From: Azolla caroliniana
Taxonomy: Eukaryota > Plantae > Polypodiophyta
Direction: 5' to 3'
Assembly: GCA_043228905.1 (NCBI GenBank)
Contig: JBHGNT010000004.1
Coordinates: 8,122,001-8,186,000 of the forward strand
DNA length: 64,000 bases
This document shows, piece after piece, positions 33,687 through 44,926 of this stretch. Under the pieces are notes generated by a model. The model ran no database searches, was not told where the DNA came from, and saw only the letters and a program-made list of their open reading frames with translations. Made by a program: the position numbers and the translations under genes. The stretch's first letter is position 1. Each line of letters opens with the position of its first letter.

Positions 33687-36468
33687 TGGTTGTTTTAATA
33701 GCAGCTATGTTCCAGATGATGAGGATGAGGAGTTTGATCATGGTGGTCGTGATGACGATGGTCATCATGTGATGATCGAGACAGTCCCTAGCAGCCATGC
33801 ATCCTCACCATTACTACTCATAGATCAGCCAGTACTCAATACAACTAACGCTGAGATCCCTAACCATCCTGATTATATCTACAATTCTTCTTCCTCCTCC
33901 TCTCTAGATGAATCAGCTAGTGCCCTAGATGATCAGATTATCACAGATCATAAAGATACTACCATTGTGAATCGTGTTCTGCCACCAACGATGGCGACTG
34001 ATGACATCTGTGATGACACAGACCCTAGTAATATCGATGGCCAGCTTCTAATTAGTACAAGCTTAACGAGAAGTACATCTGCAGGGATCTACAATAACGA
34101 CAGCAGTTGTAGCGATCAATCGCTGAGTACTATGGCGGCGATGACGATGGATCAGATATATAATTTCGGAGGATTAGCGAATGGATATAGCAACAACTCT
34201 ACAGGACCCTGCGGACAATCAGATCACGGGATGTTCCATCGTGAGGCATCGGGTAGATTGAACACTATGATGCAAGTGAACCGCACGCAGAGCGATGATG
34301 TGATAGAAGCTTTGTTGCTGAAGCCAGCGAGCCGAAGCGGGTCTGGGGTATCCAATTGCTTGGACTGGCTAGAGAGCTTAATGGAGCTGGAAGCACATGA
34401 GCATGTGGATGATATAAATACGATGGATACCCATCAATACAATGATGGCAACAGAAAGGTCGATAATGTTGGGCTTCTTGATGATGATGATGATGATGAT
34501 GAAGATGAAGAAGATGAAGATGAAGACCAAGAAGAAGAAGAAGAAGAAGAAGAAGAGGATGACAATAGACAGGAATTGAAATTGGGTCCAATGGTTAATG
34601 CAATTGGGTTCGTGAATAACAATAACACTAGTACCAATGAAGGGCTGCCATTAACAACAATGGATCTGCAGGAAGGATCGGGGCCATACACGTGTATGGA
34701 TGAGGACGAGCTGGATGGTCAGGTAAACATGGCAGATGGTGCCAGGTTATTATTAGATGATGATGGTGACAATAAGAAGAAGAATGTAACTAAAAGTGGT
34801 AGTATAACTAGCCATGGCTCTGTTTCCCCTGTTTCTACTACTACAACTACAACTACTGATACAAATGGAGTGAATGGCCATCATCCTGAAGCTGCTGTTT
34901 CTGTCCATGGGGTGGAGCTGATGCAGCTCCTTCTGGAATGCGCCAAATGCGTGGATTCGGAACCCTGCCGCTCCATCTCCCTCCTCCCCAAGCTTCGATC
35001 CGGATCAACGCGGCACGGCGACCCCATCCAACGCCTCACGTTTTACTTCACCGAAGCCTTGTCTTGCCGGCTCGCACGCAGATTAACGAGCTCCCATGAA
35101 TTATTTATCCCGCCGCCACCACCACCTACAGGAGGTAGCAGCAACAGCTGCTCATCATGTAACCAGAATATTCATGACTGTGTGGGGAATCCTGGCGGCC
35201 GAGGAGACATGATTCAGGACCAGATCGACATACTGAAAGCTTATAACTCCGCTACTACCGATACTGTGAACCAGGATCATGAGCTGGCCATGGCTTATAA
35301 GGCCATGAATGATGCCTGCCCTTACTTCACTTTTGCCCAACTCACTGCTAACCAAGCCATCCTGGAAACAATGCTTCAAATGGAGTATTTGTCTGATACC
35401 CACTTATTACACCAGTTCCTTCACAGCCGCCAATCTAGTGCATCCTCCTCCTGTCCCAATAACTGTAGTAGTGGTAGTGGTAACAATGATAGGTATGACA
35501 TCCATATCGTGGATTTCGGCATCTCTCAAGGCGTTCAATGGGCGGCGTTGCTTCAAGCCATGGCTTACATGGAGGTGGACAGCAGCAATAGTGGTAATGC
35601 GGCAGAATACGCAGTAAAGAAAAGCAGGGGGGGTGAGGGCGGCGATGGTGGTGGTGGAGATGAGAGCAGCTGTGGTCGGCAGGGGATGAGGAAGAAGGAG
35701 AGCAGGGGTATGGGTATGGGTATGGGTAAGGGTAGGGGTAGGAGGAGGAGGAGGATCAAGATCACAGGGATCGCGTCGCCGGAGCTAGGGCAGCGGTGGG
35801 AAGAAGCGGTGGAAGCGACGGGGAGGAGGCTGGTGGAGTTCGGGGCGAGCATGGAGGTGGAGGTGGAGTTCAGGAAGGCGAAGGTGGCGCTAGGGGATGA
35901 GCGGCTGAGCCTGGAGATGGTGGGGGTGGAGGAAGGGGAGGTGGTGGTGGTGAACTTCATGCTGGAGCTGTCCAACGTGCTGGAGGGCGGCGCCGTGTCG
36001 CGGGTGCTGTCGCTGGCGGCGGCGCTCCGGCCGAAGCTGGTGACGCTGGCGGAGCTGGACGCCGACGACCTCAACACGGCGCCCTTCCAGAGGCGCTTCG
36101 TCAGCGCGCTCCACTTCTTCTCCGCCATGTTCGACTCGCTGGAGGCGTCGCCCATGGCGCGCGACTCCCCGCACAGGCTGTGCATGGAGAGGCGGCTGCT
36201 GGGCCGACGCATCGTGAGCATGGTGGGCGGCCCCGACCTGGGGCCCCGCCGCCGCCTGCAGAGCTTCGCGGACTGGCACGCCGCCATGTCCTCCGCCGGC
36301 TTCCGCCCCTCCTCCCTGGGCGTCTACGCCGCCGACCAGGCGCGCATCCTCCTCCTGCGCTTCACCTACTGCCAGAGCTTCACCCTCACGGAGCACCTGG
36401 GTGGGGCCGCCCTCTCCCTCGGCTGGCTCCACAAGCCCCTCCTCACCGTCTCCGCCTGGACATTGTAA
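33121..36468 (+). CDS. GRAS-family transcription factor, SCARECROW-LIKE 4/7 subfamily, intronless, ~1115 aa
   Basis: First ATG at 33121 (frame open from 33049); LHRI ELMQLLLECA..GDPIQRLTFYFTEAL; NDACPYFTFAQLTANQAILE; VHIID-type IHIVDFGISQGVQWAALLQAMA; VVNFML; ERRLLGRRI; terminal LGWLHKPLLTVSAW. The NDACPY and DFGIxQGxQW signatures match SCL4/7 as recalled. Confidence 0.95.
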
Positions 36469-39361
36469 AGCCCTTCCTTCCTCCCTTCCGTCCCGCCCTC
36501 CCGCCCGCCCGCCTGGACATTGGATGTTCGCTCGCCTGCCCGCCCCCACTTCCATTTTACCGGGCATGGATGGCATCCCTCCCTTCCACTTCTTGTTTTC
36601 CGTATCGCCCACACGTTGCATTGTCACGACACGTCGGACAAACCATCTCGGACAAAAAAACATCGATCGGAGCATCAACAACAGGTCAGCTCAGCTCAGC
36701 TCAGCTCGGGCTCATGGCATCTATCCCCTCCCCTCCCCCTCATTCAGATGGGGGGGGGGCTTTTGGGATTTCTCTTTTGCATTGGACATGATAGCCAATG
36801 TATCTTCCGTCCTAGACTCTAGTAATATAACTTATAAGTATATAACTATGACACACACATAATTATATATACATATAGGGCCACAAATTATAATGAGTTG
36901 AGAAATATTAGTCTTATATGAGATGGACACTTTGTGTAGCCATTTATTAATGTATTATGCTATTATTACTATGTAGGAAGCAGCACAAGGGCTAATTAAG
37001 AAGGCACAAATAAATGAACTTCTGTAAAAGTTCATTCCATGCATGCATGATACTTACTAGCTAGTTCCCCAGCACACAAAACACTTCTCGTCCTCCTATA
37101 GGTTGGCCTAATAACCTCTCATACTAATGCAAAGCAACACAACCTAGAGATTTATCTATCTATCTATCTATATATTATCTATATATATATAGAGAGAGAG
37201 GAGCCAAACACTAAATTCTCCCATTGGATGGCATTTTCCTTTATGTATTAACCCAATGAATGAGCTTGATAGCCCCCCTTCAAAGCAATTCTTAATTACT
37301 CATCACACACACACACACAAATGCAAAGGGCGAGTGTGCCTAAGCCAATGTTGTAAGTTTGATCTCCATTTTAGTAGATGGATACAGGTCTACCCCCTCC
37401 CGCCCCTAACCAATGGTTGGAAAGAAAGCTGACACACACACACAAAGGGGGATTGTACATATACTCGACAACTTACTCTTTAGAACATAGGTCTCACACA
37501 CAAACATATTTTATTAGAGCTTATTCTTTACAATTTATAGGCTATTAAGCTAATGGGCTATAACCATGTAATTGCTACTATAAACCATTGTACATACCAT
37601 TCGTTTTGTTTTTATTTGTCTTGTTCCTCTTGTGTTTCACCTTCAAATACTTGACCAAGAATCCAGAAGGCTCTAAAGTTTGAATATATGTTTTGTTGAA
37701 ACACATGATCATATTATATTGTTAAAATTCATGTTATGCTAAAATCCACTCTAAATTAGAAACCAACACTTTTAATTCTTTTGTACACACTCTATATAGT
37801 GTTTGGATCACTAGATTGCACCTTTTCTAGTAGACCTACTTGATCTTGTTTTCTTCCTCTCATAATCCAATTCAGTCCTCACATTAGTAAAGTTATAATA
37901 ATTTGGTTCTCACAATTCCTCGTGAGCAATTTAGCTATAGAGATATGCTATGTAATTATCGTATATTAGTGCATTCTAACAACATGGCAATGCCCATCAA
38001 AATCAATCAACTTTACCAAACATTGAGCGTATTTACAAGTTTACCAAACAAATAGGAGGGAACAACTTGTTCGAAGGCCATTAATTAATCCAAATACTGA
38101 ATTAACAAATATGTGCAATGAGGTTTGGCTACATGATATAATATTGCTCACTATAAATGTATAACGCAACTAGAATAGTTTTGTTTTACATAAGAAGTCC
38201 AAGCTATGAGGAGATGCTAGATGGGGCACTCTTTTATATGTACAAGAGTTACATGGGGGAGCATGAAGTCCTTTTGTGTTATTTACACCTATTTATGTTC
38301 GTAATAAAAGGCGTTATAGCCTATGATTGTTTTGAAAACAAAAAATAGGAAAAGCGTTGAAGATAGATTCTAAAATGAAGTCTCTATCTAGCCCCATCCA
38401 TCCTCTCATAAAATGAATCAAGTTACACGCTCAAAGATAAATTATTCCTTGCCCAATCAATGGTATTGTCTTATATTGCCAATTATTTCACATCCAACAA
38501 GATATTCTTGTTTTTTCCCTAGCTATTTATGTATTCGTTAGAAATTCACATAAATTGAATCCATTACGACAAGAAAAGATGAAAACTCCATAAATTTTTG
38601 GCTCCTTTTAAAACATTTCCTTCTAAATGCGATGCGGCTAAGGTCATGACTCACCACCATTAGGGTCATTGCTACCAAAAGTTCATGGGCATTTATTTAA
38701 ATTTGCCGCAAATCTCGGTGTTCTAAGTGAAGAAAATGTGCTGTCCATTTGACATGAATGTGATGATATCATTACGTCTTTAATATCTTATTTAAAAAGA
38801 AGACTTTGGAAAGCATAATATTTGGAGTTTAGGGTCGTTTATTAATGTAAATGTAATTTCGAGTGGTGAGTTGATGTTAAAACTTGTTGATAATGTTTTA
38901 ACATAACTTAGTTTGACGGGAAATGTTTGTGTTGCTGGTTGGGCCAAATATTTCACACCTAGAGCATATGAATTTGCACTCTTGATTCGATGAATTCAGA
39001 TCCTAATGATTAATCTTGTGATTACAATGTTAATCATAGTGACGATCATATCAAAGAGTACAAGGTTGGTCAAATGAATGTTACCATGTGCTAATTTACC
39101 ATATTGTTTTATGCACACGATCAAACAAATGTAATATTCACATGTTTTCTAGGGACATAGCTTGGCTTCAACATTTTGTTTTTCCAAAATGAAGCTACTT
39201 TCCCATTAGTTAGGAAGGATTATTACATAGAGAGTCTACAAGGAGACTTATACACACATCGGGGAGTCTACCTCCGATCAAGTAAAAGAAGATCAGCCTA
39301 CTTACAATGCCTTGCGGCCTAACTTAATGTAAGAAGCTACCTATATCTAAGGCGATGGCCT

Positions 39362-42300
39362 TCAATGTTGCCTAGTACGAGTCGGCTCTTGGGTCCTACA
39401 ACGAAGAGAGGGTGGCAGGTGAGTAGGAAACAACCAGCGTGGGGGCTGGTAATTCCACCTCGGGCCACTCTCGCCTTGCATCACCATAGGTGTGTTCCTC
39501 CATTTCTGCCAAAAGCGCAACTGGGCAGAGATCACGTCGTTGGAGTGGCTGCAAATCTCTTCCAATTGCCCTCGTAGGCAACTGATAATCGCGAACCATA
39601 TGTCCATGATCACTTCCTTCGGGGGCCGTACCGTACCTTGGAAAACCTTGAGGCAACGCGCTTTCCATATGTACCACAAGGTGAAACTTGCAATCAACAT
39701 CCAGATTTCTGGAAACCTAGGGGATGCGGGCTGCAAGCCTCTTTCGAAACGGATATTGACGATTTTGCCTCTCGTGCATACATAGCACCAACTATCCGCA
39801 TTGACGGTGTCCGTCCACCCTTCGACCGAGTGACCAATCCATGCCACAACGCTCCACGAGGTTGTTCCTTCAACTTCACATGCCGCAAGGAGGCGAGTCA
39901 CTCTATCCCAGATCTTTTGAGCTTGAGGGCAATCCCACAGACAATGTCTTAGAGTCTCAATAGGTCGAGAGCACAGTGGGCAACCTAACGGGCCGCCGCG
40001 TTTACCTAGCCATTCACCAACGGGCACCACATTGTGACCGATCTGCCACCAAAAGAGCTTGATCTTTTCAGGCATGTGGAGGCGCCAGAGACCTTTCCAA
40101 AAGGTAATGAGCGCCTCATCGGGGATGCCCAATGTTCGCCAGCCATTGCGAAGGGGGCTGCCCAGCTGCAGTTGCAAAGTCCGACCCAATTTAGTGGTGT
40201 AATCGAAGAAGTGATGGAGTCTATCATCATGTTTCCATCTGAAATCCCCTGGGTCCCAATCCAGATCGACAAGGGGGCGACAACCATATACCCTTAACCT
40301 CCAATGGGGTTCCACCTTAGCAACATCCGGGTCTGTCTTCCAGATGTTGTCAACCTGTGCCACCACTCGGATTGGGTGCCAAGAGCCCCTGCTCTGACTG
40401 TCCTCAAAAACTGTATCTCTCCCCGATCCGCTCACACCCTTTAGCGACTTGACCATTCCAACCTCGTCAAAGAGACTGAACCATGCAGGTTCTCTCGCCT
40501 CCCCCATCGGAACCCTGTCAACTGCCTCAGCTATTAGTCTCCGCATTTTCGTAGCTCCCTTGAGGGGAGGGAAAAGGTCCTCTTGGGCTCTTCCTGAAAC
40601 AGCCATACGTCTCCAATTGTCTATAGATAGGAGGCCTGTTTGTGCCAGCTTTCCCCATGCTAGGCCCTTAAGTTGCCCTAGCATCGTGTCGTCACTTGTT
40701 CGCACGTGAGGATTCCAGAATAGTGGCTATCTAGTCCATTTGGTCAATGTCTCCGGGGTGTGTTTGACCAAATGATGTCGTAGATGGAACCATGCCCGCA
40801 AGATGGAGTTCACGACCCTATCCTCCGGATGGCAAGCTAGCTTGGATGGGACTCCGCTCGTGTAGCACCAATTCAAGGAGTCGGGCCAAGGCCTACCATA
40901 CTTGGGAGTCCCTACTTGCAGCCTGTTGCGAAGAAGTACCTTCCAACACCCCTTACCTGGCAGGAGGCAGCGAACCACCATTTTAGCCATCAATGAACGA
41001 CTTTGCATTAAGGGGTCTATGAGGCCAAGCCTCCCTTTGGCCCGCGGTTGCATTAACCAACACCATGACACTCTGGCAGCAGCCCTTGGGTTGTCCTTAC
41101 CTGACCATATAAACCCCCTGATGGCAGCCTTAATCATGTGTAGACTTGCAGGGTCCATAATCCAGCAGGAGACTGAGTGCCACATGGTAGCGAGCAACAC
41201 TTGCTTCGCAACAAGGACCCTACCAGCGAAGGATAGTTTAGATCTACTCCATTGGGTCAACTTCCTGTTTATTTTGGCTTGTACGTGGGCCAATTGCGCT
41301 CCCTTGGGGATTGACCTCCCCATCGTAAATCCAAGGTACTTGGACGTCGTCCCATTAGGGACCCACATAAAATCGGCATGGGGTTGCCATCTTGGTTTCT
41401 CTTGTTCGCTGAACCATAGGCCTTGGGTTTTATTCCAATTGATCTTGGCACCAGCCGCCTGACAAAAGTCCTCAACAAGATGTTCAGCCCGCTGCAGATT
41501 CTCCTCATCACCTTGCAAGAAAAGAACCGTATCGTCGGCATATTCAGATAACAACAAATCTTCAGTCGCATTGGGGATGGGCAATCCCCGTAGCCCGTTG
41601 GTTGGTGCTTGTAAGTAGGCGGAGAAAGCCTCGGTTACAAAGAGATAGAGATATGGGGCTAGGGGACAACCTTGCTCACTGAGCGTTGTAGTTGGAAGGC
41701 GGGTCCCCTAGAACTAGCCAACAGCACGCTACTCGTAGCTATTTGGTAGAGTGCAGAAGTGCAATTCCTCCATTTTTGAGGTAGGCCCAAAGCTTGCATC
41801 ACATTTTCCAAAAAGGGCCATAACACCCGGTCGTAGGCCTTCTCAAAGTCTAACATCAAAATAGCCGAGCTCGATACGGAGCGGCCGACCAATGCCATAG
41901 CTTCCCAAAGAAGCACCACATTATCAAAGATACACCTGTTCTTGACAAATCCAGTTTGATTGTCATGTATGATGTCTGGTAAGAAGCTTGCTAACCGCTG
42001 AGCTAGGACTTTAGCGAGTATCTTGTATGCCGTGTTAAGGATCGTGATTGGACGCCACTGGCGCAACTCTAGGCTTCGCTCTGACGCTTTGGGGATGAGA
42101 TATATCAGCCCCTCAGCCAAACCAATTGGCATCTTTCCTGAGGACCAAATCTCTTGAACTCCGGCTTCCAAAGACGGGATGACACATTCCCAATGAATCT
42201 CGAAGAAATCTTGTGAGAGACCATCGGGGCCGGGGCATGCACCCCTTCGCAATCCCCTAAGTGCCTCCGAGAGTTCTAAACGAGAGACGGGGCTATCAAG

Positions 42301-43662
42301 CACAACTTCCATCGCCTGGGTTACCTTGGGGTGAATGCAAGACATCACTCGATCAACCAGCTCCGTGTGTTGCCTCACCTGCATAGGTGCGAGGAGGTCA
42401 CCCTAGTATTGTGTTGCCATTTCCAGAATCTCAGTCTTGTCTTCCGTTATCGAGCCGTCTGGTTTTCGCAACCCTTGTATACGTCCACCACCACCCTTGG
42501 GTGCCTTGTAGTGAAAGAAATGCCGGTTGACCTTGTCGTCTTTTCTAGCCCACCATGCTGCATTTCTTCGAAACAACATTCGGTTCTTCTCCAAAGTCCT
42601 TTCCTGTACCATCATCTTTGCTTCCTCCAACTTAGCGCTAGACCAAGTGCAACCAGGGTCTACCTGTAGCAGCGCAACGGCCTTCCTTAATTTTGTTTCA
42701 ATGGCTCTAACCTGCTGGAGGGCGCGCTTGGTCTCCTGTTGTAAGAAGGAGGAGGAGAGGGCCAATTTTTTTTGCAAATCTTCGCTGGCTGATTCACTGC
42801 CCATGGTGTCCTGCCATATACTTTGTAAACCGGCCTTCACCTCTTCACTCTTCATGATCTTTGTGGGGATCTTCACATTGAGACTGCCCTTGCTATCGTT
42901 GGGTGGGTTAAGGTCTAGTCTCACCGGTTGATGATCTGAAAAGGTAAGACCTGCCAAGATAGCAAAGGCGCCCCCAAGCTCTTCGAGGGATGAGCTGATG
43001 TATATGTGATCAAGCCGTGCAAGACTACCGCCCCTAGCATTCTCGGCGGATCTGGAAAAATGCAGTGAATGTGAGCTTCTCCTAAGGGAAGAGCCCCGTG
43101 TATCCTTCACCCCGATTTTGCCAATTAGGAAAGCCCATGAATCCAGCTCCGCACCATAAATAGGCCTCTGGGTCCCTCCTTTCCTATCTCCTAGGTGTTC
43201 AGTCATGTTGAAATCACCTGCCATTACCCAAGCCTCGGCATCAGGTAATGTTGTCGCTAGCATCCTCCAAAAGATTGCTCTCTCAGGGGCTGAGTTAGGG
43301 GCATAAATGTTTAGCACCCCAACCTGTAGGTGATTCCATTTCAGAAGCACGTATAAGGCCCGACCCTCCACCAACGTGCCAGATGATGTTACTTCGTATC
43401 GGGCCTTATTGCTGATCGAGATGCAGACCCCTCCTCTTCGGTGGAGGTCACCTTGTGCAGCTGACCACCATGTGGTCCACCCACCCGACAGGGGGTTTAC
43501 TAAGCTCTGAGTTCGCTCTTGCGAGAGGTGGTGTTCCTGCAAAAGCAATATGTCAATATGCCCCCCTATATTAAGGGGATTCAGCTCCTCCTGAAGTCTT
43601 CGGCACTCTTGGTGTTGTCGGCCTCCACCAAGGCCCTGTACATTCCACGTTAGGATCCTCAT
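39362..43662 (-). pseudogene. LINE ORF2: APE endonuclease, reverse transcriptase and zf-RVT, broken into four ORFs
   Basis: MRILTWNVQGL, LLQEHH, NIYAPN, GDFN, SDHQP; PGPDG, WRPITILN, LDFEKAYDRV, EYADD; CPLC..ETLRHCLWDC. Confidence 0.93.
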
Positions 43663-44690
43663 CCGAAAGCGGTGACGCTGATGCCCATGTTCGGGCCGAT
43701 CCCCATGTTAAGGGGCAACCTAACACCTATTTCGGGGGGTATGGTCTCCACATCAGGCTGCAAATCCCCTACGGGATTCTCAGCCGGTCGTTCCCGACCC
43801 GCTTCAAATAGATCCCACGATACATTTGTGCTCCGAAGCGGTGGCACCTCTTGCATCCCTCTATCTAAGAGAGGCGTCGCCAAACTAGGTGTTGGTCGGC
43901 CTATCTTACCCTTTCCCTTGTCCTTGAGCTTGCCCGTCTGGATCCACGATTTCACTAATCTGAGGCCACTACCACCTTCACGTTCCAGCGGGAGGGGGGC
44001 CTTTGCCAACTTCTCTTCCAGGGTGGACGGTACGAGTTGGGGTTGCATCTCCATCGGGGTAGAGAACACAAGTTCAGGCTCTCGTGGGGGAAGGCATGAG
44101 GAGTCGCATGGGGACAACATTGCTGCCAACGCTTCTGGGTCGCCATCCCCTAACCCTTGAAGAGGTGTAAATCTGTTGGTAGCTCTCACCTGTAGGTCGG
44201 GTGCATCAGCACTCCCAGAGAGGATCTTTACCCGTTTCAAGGGTTGCTCGTTCGCGCTTGCTGGTGACAAGGTAGCATGACTTCTTTCAAAGGGGTGGTC
44301 ACGAAAAAGGGTGGAAGAGGATGCACCTAGGCCTCCAAGTTTCCCCTTCTTCTTAACGGGTATCCAAGGAGCCTCGTCACCCTTGGTTGGCCTGACTTTG
44401 CCCGAGGGTCGAGGTCCCGAGCTTCCCTTTCCAATCTTGCGAGGACACGCCTTAGCTAGGTGTCCTATCTGTTTACAAATGAAACACTGCCCCGGGAGTC
44501 CCTCGTAAACCACTTTCACCACTGTGAGACCTAGCTCCTCAGAGTAGAGTCTAATCCTTGATGGAAGTCCTTGGAGGGAAGGCACCAAGATGTGCAACTT
44601 GGGCACCTCCGCAACTGTGTCTTCCATTGACACTTTTTGAGGACATATCATCCCTATTTGTTCGCCAAAAAGAGGGAGCAGATGGCACAA
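43659..44690 (-). pseudogene. LINE ORF1, C-terminal part with zinc knuckle
   Basis: VVYEGLPGQCFICKQIGHLAKAC; stop codon overlaps the ORF2 ATG. Confidence 0.85.
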
Positions 44691-44926
44691 ATGAGGAGGG
44701 CGGCCGGGAAATGTTGCGTTGGCTTCAACATTTTAAATAGGCAAACCTTTACATGCATGTGCTTCGTATGTATGGAAAAACTCAAAAGATATGATTGTGC
44801 AAATTTAAACTAATAATGCTTCACATATATCAAGTAGTACATTGTCCAGTTTGTAGATAGAACCATAATTACAAATTAATTACCTTTTGACATCTTGAAC
44901 CTTTTAAGGTGTTCCCCATTTTAAGT

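Larger units (their letters stand above)
39178..44718 (-). mobile_element. L1-clade LINE, 5'-truncated within ORF1
   Basis: 16-bp TSD TTGGCTTCAACATTTT (39162-39177 / 44719-44734); short A-rich tail; ORF1 followed by ORF2. Confidence 0.93.

Noticed and set aside
33121-36468. DELLA or HAM (miR171-target) identity
   Set aside because: No DELLA/TVHYNP motifs and no miR171 site seen; the signatures fit SCL4/7.
35565-36862. Long antisense and alternative-frame ORFs over the GRAS 3' half
   Set aside because: Expected shadows of very high GC3; no recognisable domains.
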